A stretch of DNA of 64,000 nt from Dehalococcoidia bacterium (GTDB taxonomy: Bacteria; Chloroflexota; Dehalococcoidia; Lucifugimonadales; JADFKI01): assembly GCA_963422525.1 (NCBI GenBank), contig OY730226.1, positions 515,844 through 579,843 on the forward strand. Direction: 5' to 3'. Positions 58,886 to 64,000 of this stretch are shown piece after piece. The notes under the pieces were generated by a model. That model was given only the letters and a program-made list of their open reading frames with translations. It searched no databases and was not told the origin of the DNA. Each line of letters starts with the position of its first letter. Positions within the stretch are counted from its first letter, which is position 1. The translations under genes were made by a program, and so were the position numbers.

Positions 58886-59406
58886 TTTTCCACAATCTTA
58901 GCAGCAGGTTGTCCGAACTCAACCACAACCACATAGGCTGGCATCCCCAGGTTATCGGAGCGTGAAATCTGTTTCAATTTTCGTCGTGCTCGTGCGTCCA
59001 AAACTTGAGGATCTCCTTTGCGAATACCTGATATTTCCAATCTTGCTTTGTCTTGAAAAGGATGGCGCATCTCATCTCCCAACCAGTAATCGAAGCCCGT
59101 TCCTTTTCGAGATCGTCTAATTACTTCATAGCCGATCTCTTCTTTAGCCAACAAAACAGCGATACCTACGGCGCCATATTCAGTAGTGTATTCAGCATCA
59201 TTCCAAGCGTTAACGGACTGCTGCTTAGTAATTGACGGCCATATCAGAAAGTAGCTATTGTCGCTATAACCGCTAATGGCAAGACTGACATTCTGGTCAT
59301 GCTTTTGTGATTCCAAGCATACACCCGCCGCTTCTGCCAACATCGCGCCGATAGCCGGGGTAATAGCTGGAATCAAGCCATTAGCCAAGTCATTCAAATC
59401 CAGCAT
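58882..59406 (-). CDS. Putative PD-(D/E)XK-like nuclease
   Basis: TEYGA...SRKGTGFDYWL...ARLEISGI spacing resembles the restriction-endonuclease fold. Confidence 0.55.
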   Translation of the reverse strand: MLDLNDLANGLIPAITPAIGAMLAEAAGVCLESQKHDQNVSLAISGYSDNSYFLIWPSITKQQSVNAWNDAEYTTEYGAVGIAVLLAKEEIGYEVIRRSRKGTGFDYWLGDEMRHPFQDKARLEISGIRKGDPQVLDARARRKLKQISRSDNLGMPAYVVVVEFGQPAAKIVEK

Positions 59407-59655
59407 TTACGAATTCCGTGAAAAGGTGGAATACCAACCATAAAAAATAAGAGCGCCACTTAATTTTATTGAAGCAGGCATCTGTCTAACGGGCTGTTAG
59501 TGCAGCACGATTGTCAATTCAAGCAGGAAATGTTTCGTTGAGCGCATCATGAACAACAACAACAACAACCATTTCCCACCAATCCGCATCTTCCCGTTAA
59601 TTCACCTACTTCTTTCTGCTAGAATAGGATGCAATTTCCTGCCAGGAGTTTTGCG

Positions 59656-60678
59656 ATGAATACCGGCAAACTGAATGATACGGCTCTGGCTCTCGTCGCC
59701 CCGCGCAAGGGCATCCTTGCCGCCGACGAGAGTACCAACACTATCAGTCGTCGCTTCGATTCCATCAATGTAGAATCAACCGAGCAGAGCCGCCGCGACT
59801 ACCGCGAGATGCTCTTCCGCACGGCGGGCGTCAACGAGTTCATCAGCGGCGTCATCCTGTACGACGAGACGCTGCGACAGCGCGGCGCGGACGGCACGCC
59901 AATCGTCAGCATCCTGCGAGAGCAAGGCATCATCCCCGGCATCAAGGTTGATAAGAGCGCCAACCACCTCGCAAACACCGACGGCGAGCTGATTACCGAC
60001 GGTATAGACGGATTGCGCGACAGGCTCGCCGAATATCACGCCATCGGCGCGCGTTTCAGCAAGTGGCGCGCCGTTATCACCATCGGCGACGGCATCCCAA
60101 GCCAGTACTGCATCGACGCCAACGCACATTTGCTCGGGCGCTTCGCCGCCCTCAGCCAAGAAGCCGGACTTGTCCCAATCGTCGAGCCGGAAACGCTGAT
60201 GGACGGCGATCACACCATCGAGCGCTGCTATGAAGTTACGCTGCAAGCGCTGCGCAGCACATACGCCGAACTCGCGCGACAGCGCGTTGACCTGCGCGGC
60301 ACGCTGCTCAAGCCCAATATGGTCATCTCCGGCAAGGACGCCGCGGAGCGCGCCGACGCCAACCGGGTCGCCGCACGCACCCTCGACTGTCTTATGCGCG
60401 CCGTGCCCGCCGCCGTGCCGGGTATCGTCTTCCTCAGCGGCGGCCAAAACGACGACGAAGCAACCGAAAATCTACACGCCATCAACTGCGCCGCCGACGG
60501 CATGAGCGTTCCTTGGAATCTCAGCTTCTCATACGGGCGCGGCTTGCAGGCAGCCCCCCTAAAGGCATGGGCAGGCAGCGCCGACAACGCCGAAGCCGCC
60601 CAGCGGGAATACTACCGACGCGCTAAGCTCACCAGCGCGGCGCGGCAGGGCGCATACTCGCCCGACATTGCGGACTAG
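59656..60678 (+). CDS. Fructose-bisphosphate aldolase class I
   Basis: KGILAADES, GIKVDK, KWRAV, VPIVEPE, LLKPNMV, FSYGRGLQ motifs. Confidence 0.95.
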   Translation: MNTGKLNDTALALVAPRKGILAADESTNTISRRFDSINVESTEQSRRDYREMLFRTAGVNEFISGVILYDETLRQRGADGTPIVSILREQGIIPGIKVDKSANHLANTDGELITDGIDGLRDRLAEYHAIGARFSKWRAVITIGDGIPSQYCIDANAHLLGRFAALSQEAGLVPIVEPETLMDGDHTIERCYEVTLQALRSTYAELARQRVDLRGTLLKPNMVISGKDAAERADANRVAARTLDCLMRAVPAAVPGIVFLSGGQNDDEATENLHAINCAADGMSVPWNLSFSYGRGLQAAPLKAWAGSADNAEAAQREYYRRAKLTSAARQGAYSPDIAD

Positions 60679-60863
60679 CCTATGGCTGCCAACCAAGCCG
60701 CCGCCGCATCGCAGATTGCCGTCGTTGTCGACGCGCTGCCGTTCCGCGCGACGCCCGTCGAAGGACGCCGTCGCCAGACTCGTCATTGCCATCGCCCGCG
60801 TCCCGCTCAGCCGGAATGTGTCGCCCGGACGCGCATGAATCCTTTACATCCTGTTAACTCCCA

Positions 60864-61457
60864 ATGACCGACAAACTTCTGATAGCCACCCACAACGCCG
60901 GCAAGCTCGCCGAGCTGCGCAGCCTATTGCGGGATGCGCCTTATACGCTGCTATCGCTGACGGATGTCGGCATAGACACCGAAGTCGAGGAGACCGGCGA
61001 CACCCTTGAGGCGAACGCCGCGCTTAAGGCATCCACCTACGCACGCCTTTCAGGACTGCCCACGCTCTCCGACGACTCCGGGCTGGAAGTGGACGCATTG
61101 GATGGCGCTCCCGGCGTCCGCTCCGCCCGCTATGCCGGCGCCAACGCAACCGACGCCGACCGCATCGCCAATCTTCTCGCCAACCTTGCGGCGCATCCGC
61201 AGCCTTGGACGGCGCGCTTCCGATGCGTCATCGCCATCGCCGTACCCGACGGCGGCGTAGAGCGATACTGCGGCGCTTGCGAAGGCGTCATCATCACGCA
61301 GCCGCGTGGCGACAACGGCTTCGGCTACGACCCCGTATTCCTGTTGCAAGAGAGCGGCAAGACAATGGCAGAGCTCTCCGCCGCCGACAAGAACGCCCAC
61401 AGCCATCGCGCAATCGCCGCCCGCAAGGCGACGCAGGCGCTCAGAAGAAAGACCTAG
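60864..61457 (+). CDS. rdgB: Non-canonical purine NTP pyrophosphatase (RdgB/HAM1)
   Basis: ATHNAGK, DDSGLEVDAL, GFGYDPVF, SHR motifs. Confidence 0.93.
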   Translation: MTDKLLIATHNAGKLAELRSLLRDAPYTLLSLTDVGIDTEVEETGDTLEANAALKASTYARLSGLPTLSDDSGLEVDALDGAPGVRSARYAGANATDADRIANLLANLAAHPQPWTARFRCVIAIAVPDGGVERYCGACEGVIITQPRGDNGFGYDPVFLLQESGKTMAELSAADKNAHSHRAIAARKATQALRRKT

Positions 61458-61638
61458 CCGCCATGCCTAGTGGCAACCTCATCAGCGACGGCAAGACCCT
61501 GCAAATATGGCCTAGCGCCCAGTGACAGCCCTTGTCGCCGCCCATCTTGCGCCGCCCATCCTTGCGCGGGCGCCGTTGCCTACCCTTGTAGATAGGACTA
61601 TCGCCCGGTCGCCACAGCCAATCCCGGGCGCGCCGCTC

Positions 61639-62076
61639 CTATTCCTGATAGCGCGGATGCCAGCCGGGACCCGCCCATGATGTTAGCTTGCGTGGCACGA
61701 TACGTATGTACGCGCGCGGCATGCGCTTCGTCTCATCGTAGTAACGCGTGCCCGCTTCGTCGCCCAAGTATCGCACTGCCCAATGCTTCCACTCCCCCAG
61801 CCATGCGCCGTCCACAATCTCCGCAGCGCCCTCCGCCACCACGCGCGTGTATGGCGCATCGCTTGTATCTATGCAGAACGACACACGCTCGTCGCCCCGA
61901 ATGTGCGCCACCCACGCCGCCGTCCGCCTTCCCGCGATGTAGAACGCCTCGCCGTCGTAGTCATACCATACGGGCGTAACATACGGCCAGCCCTCCGCTG
62001 TCAGCGTCGCCAGCTTCATCAAGTGGCTGCCGCCTGTCAGAAACTCGTTCAGTTGCCGCTTGTTCAATTGAGGCAT
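61639..62076 (-). CDS. PNPOx-family (split-barrel flavin/F420-binding) protein
   Basis: LATL..EGWPYVTPVWY, RVSFCID..PY.RV. Confidence 0.8.
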   Translation of the reverse strand: MPQLNKRQLNEFLTGGSHLMKLATLTAEGWPYVTPVWYDYDGEAFYIAGRRTAAWVAHIRGDERVSFCIDTSDAPYTRVVAEGAAEIVDGAWLGEWKHWAVRYLGDEAGTRYYDETKRMPRAYIRIVPRKLTSWAGPGWHPRYQE

Positions 62077-62259
62077 AATATACTCCTTGCGCTAATCAGT
62101 CGCCGCGTCAGTATATCAGTCAGTATATCGGTGGCTAACATGTGTGGACAGCATATACGGAACGGCAAGTAAGCATGAACGCCCCGGCAATATCCGCCCC
62201 TACGCAAATACCGACCGACACACCAACCCGAAAGGACGATGCGCCGAAAGGAATATGCA

Positions 62260-63618
62260 ATGACTGAACTGTACGAACTCGGCGTCGCTGATGCTGCGGA
62301 AGCGATACGCTGCAAGACGCTGTCCGCAGTGGAGTTGATGGAAGCGCTGCTGGCGCGCTGCGCTGCGCTCGATGACGCCCTAAAGGTATGGGTTACGCTG
62401 GATGGCGACGCCGCTCTTGCCGCGGCGCGAACCCGCGACACTGAGATTGCGACCGAAGGCGTGCGCGGCCCCCTGCATGGCGTCCCAATCGGCATCAAGG
62501 ACATCTACAATACGCGTGGCGTGCTAACGACCTGCAACTCGCCCATATTCGCCGACTTCGTGCCCGACCATGACGCCACGACCGTCGCGCTGCTGAAGCG
62601 TGCGGGCGCAATCATCATGGGCAAGACGGTTACCACCGAGTTCGCGTGCGGCGACCCCTCGCCGACTGTGAACCCGTGGAACGCGGCGCACACCCCCGGC
62701 GGTTCGAGCAGCGGCTCCGCTGTCGGCGCGGCAGTTGGCATGTTCCCCGCATCGCTAGGCTCACAGACCGGCGGCTCCATTGTGCGCCCGGCAGCCTACA
62801 ACGGCGTCATCGGCTTGAAACCCACATTCGGCCGCGTCAGCAGGCAGGGTGTCTATCCGGTCGCCCAGTCCCTTGATACTATGGGCCCTATCACACGCAG
62901 CGTTGCCGATGCCTCGCTGATGTTGCACGCCCTCCCAGGCCATGACATTAGCGACCCCGACTCTTCGCAGCGAGCCGTCGCCGACTATTCGCACGCAGTG
63001 GCATCAGCCGCCAAACCGCCGCGCATCGGCTTAGCGCCGCAGTTCTTCATGGAGCAGTGCGACGACGAAATCAGGACACATACCGAAAATGTCGCCGAAC
63101 TCCTAAGGGAAGCGGGCGGCCCGCTCAACGAAGTAACGCTGCCTGTGGACTTCGACCGGGCGCTCTTGGCACAGCGCACCCTGATGTCGGTCGAAGGCGC
63201 GCAAGTGCATGAGCGCAACTTCGCGCTCCGCCCCGACGACTACTCGCCGAATGTGCGCGCAATGATAGAGCAGGGGCTTGCGACGCCCGCACTCACATAC
63301 CTGAATGCAAAGCGCTTTCAGCGCGAATTCAGGAGCGCCGCGTATGCCGCCCTTCACGGCTTCGATGCGCTGCTGATGCCATCCACGCCATCGCCCGCGC
63401 CCGCAAGCCGTGACACCACAGGCGACCCAAAGTTCCAGTCCCCTTGGACATTCGGCGGCTTCCCTGAAATCACGCTCCCGTCCGGGCTGAGCGCAGACGG
63501 CTTGCCGCTTGGCATCCAGCTCGTTGCCGCGCACTTCGATGAAGCCGGGCTGCTTGCGGCTGCGGCGTGGTGCGAGCGCGCAATGTCGGTAGATTTAGGC
63601 ATGCCACGTATCTCCTAG
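62260..63618 (+). CDS. Amidase-signature family enzyme
   Basis: GPLHGVPIGIKD, PGGSSSGS, GSQTGGSIVRPA motifs. Confidence 0.92.
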   Translation: MTELYELGVADAAEAIRCKTLSAVELMEALLARCAALDDALKVWVTLDGDAALAAARTRDTEIATEGVRGPLHGVPIGIKDIYNTRGVLTTCNSPIFADFVPDHDATTVALLKRAGAIIMGKTVTTEFACGDPSPTVNPWNAAHTPGGSSSGSAVGAAVGMFPASLGSQTGGSIVRPAAYNGVIGLKPTFGRVSRQGVYPVAQSLDTMGPITRSVADASLMLHALPGHDISDPDSSQRAVADYSHAVASAAKPPRIGLAPQFFMEQCDDEIRTHTENVAELLREAGGPLNEVTLPVDFDRALLAQRTLMSVEGAQVHERNFALRPDDYSPNVRAMIEQGLATPALTYLNAKRFQREFRSAAYAALHGFDALLMPSTPSPAPASRDTTGDPKFQSPWTFGGFPEITLPSGLSADGLPLGIQLVAAHFDEAGLLAAAAWCERAMSVDLGMPRIS

Positions 63619-63805
63619 AAGCCGCTTCGCCGATGCCCTTCCTATCAGTCAGCCATGCCGCGCACAGGGTCAGCAAGAGCGCATCATCGGAATCTGGCAT
63701 CAGTAGGCAGGATACTCGGTTTGCGCGGCATCAGTTTGCTGATATACTGGCAGTTGTCCTGTATAGCCACATCAACTCCTCGCCAGTCTCTTTCCTGGTT
63801 GCTCT

Positions 63806-64000
63806 ATGAAGATAGCGGTATGCGTCAAACAAGTGCCGGTCGTCTCGCTGCTGAAGTTCGACAACGAGACGCGGCGGGTCGTGCGCGACGGCGTGCCCAG
63901 CGAAGTCAACCCGTTCGATGTGTTAGGCATGTCTCTTGCTGTCGAGCTGGCGCGGACGCATGATGCAGAGATCGTCGTCTATACGATGGGACCACCGCAG
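63806..64000 (+). CDS. etfB: Electron transfer flavoprotein beta subunit, N-terminus (runs off window end)
   Basis: MKIAVCVKQVP...VNPFD...VYTMGPPQ. Confidence 0.88.
   Translation, partial: MKIAVCVKQVPVVSLLKFDNETRRVVRDGVPSEVNPFDVLGMSLAVELARTHDAEIVVYTMGPPQ

Overview
GC-rich bacterial chromosome segment, most consistent with Chloroflexota (Dehalococcoidia/SAR202-like; a host-associated, e.g. sponge-symbiont, lifestyle is inferred from the ankyrin, TA and repeat content). Housekeeping backbone: lysS (partial), rsmD-coaD, ileS, speD-speE, pcrA, alkA, an 11-subunit complex I (nuoABCD-HIJKLM-N, no nuoEFG in the window), class I aldolase, rdgB, an amidase and etfB (partial). It is densely interleaved with accessory DNA: a GmrSD/DUF262 gene, RelE and VapC TA modules, two NYN RNase genes, an IS5 element, a Swt1-like HEPN-DndB plus DndB gene pair, a PD-(D/E)XK-like two-gene module and a four-gene phage head/neck cluster. 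Best candidates for undescribed systems: (1) both NYN RNase genes sit behind the same promoter / two-hairpin RNA / terminator leader, with base-pair covariation between duplicated copies (type III TA-like layout); (2) the HEPN-DGQHR + DGQHR paralog pair; (3) a self-promoted capsid module with no terminase or portal in the window. Two selenoproteins missed by the ORF track (OsmC-like, and UxxC DsbA next to VKOR) are supported by in-frame UGA plus SECIS-like hairpins. Three toxin/nuclease genes are broken by short tandem duplications. All family calls are by motif recognition; no database searches were run.
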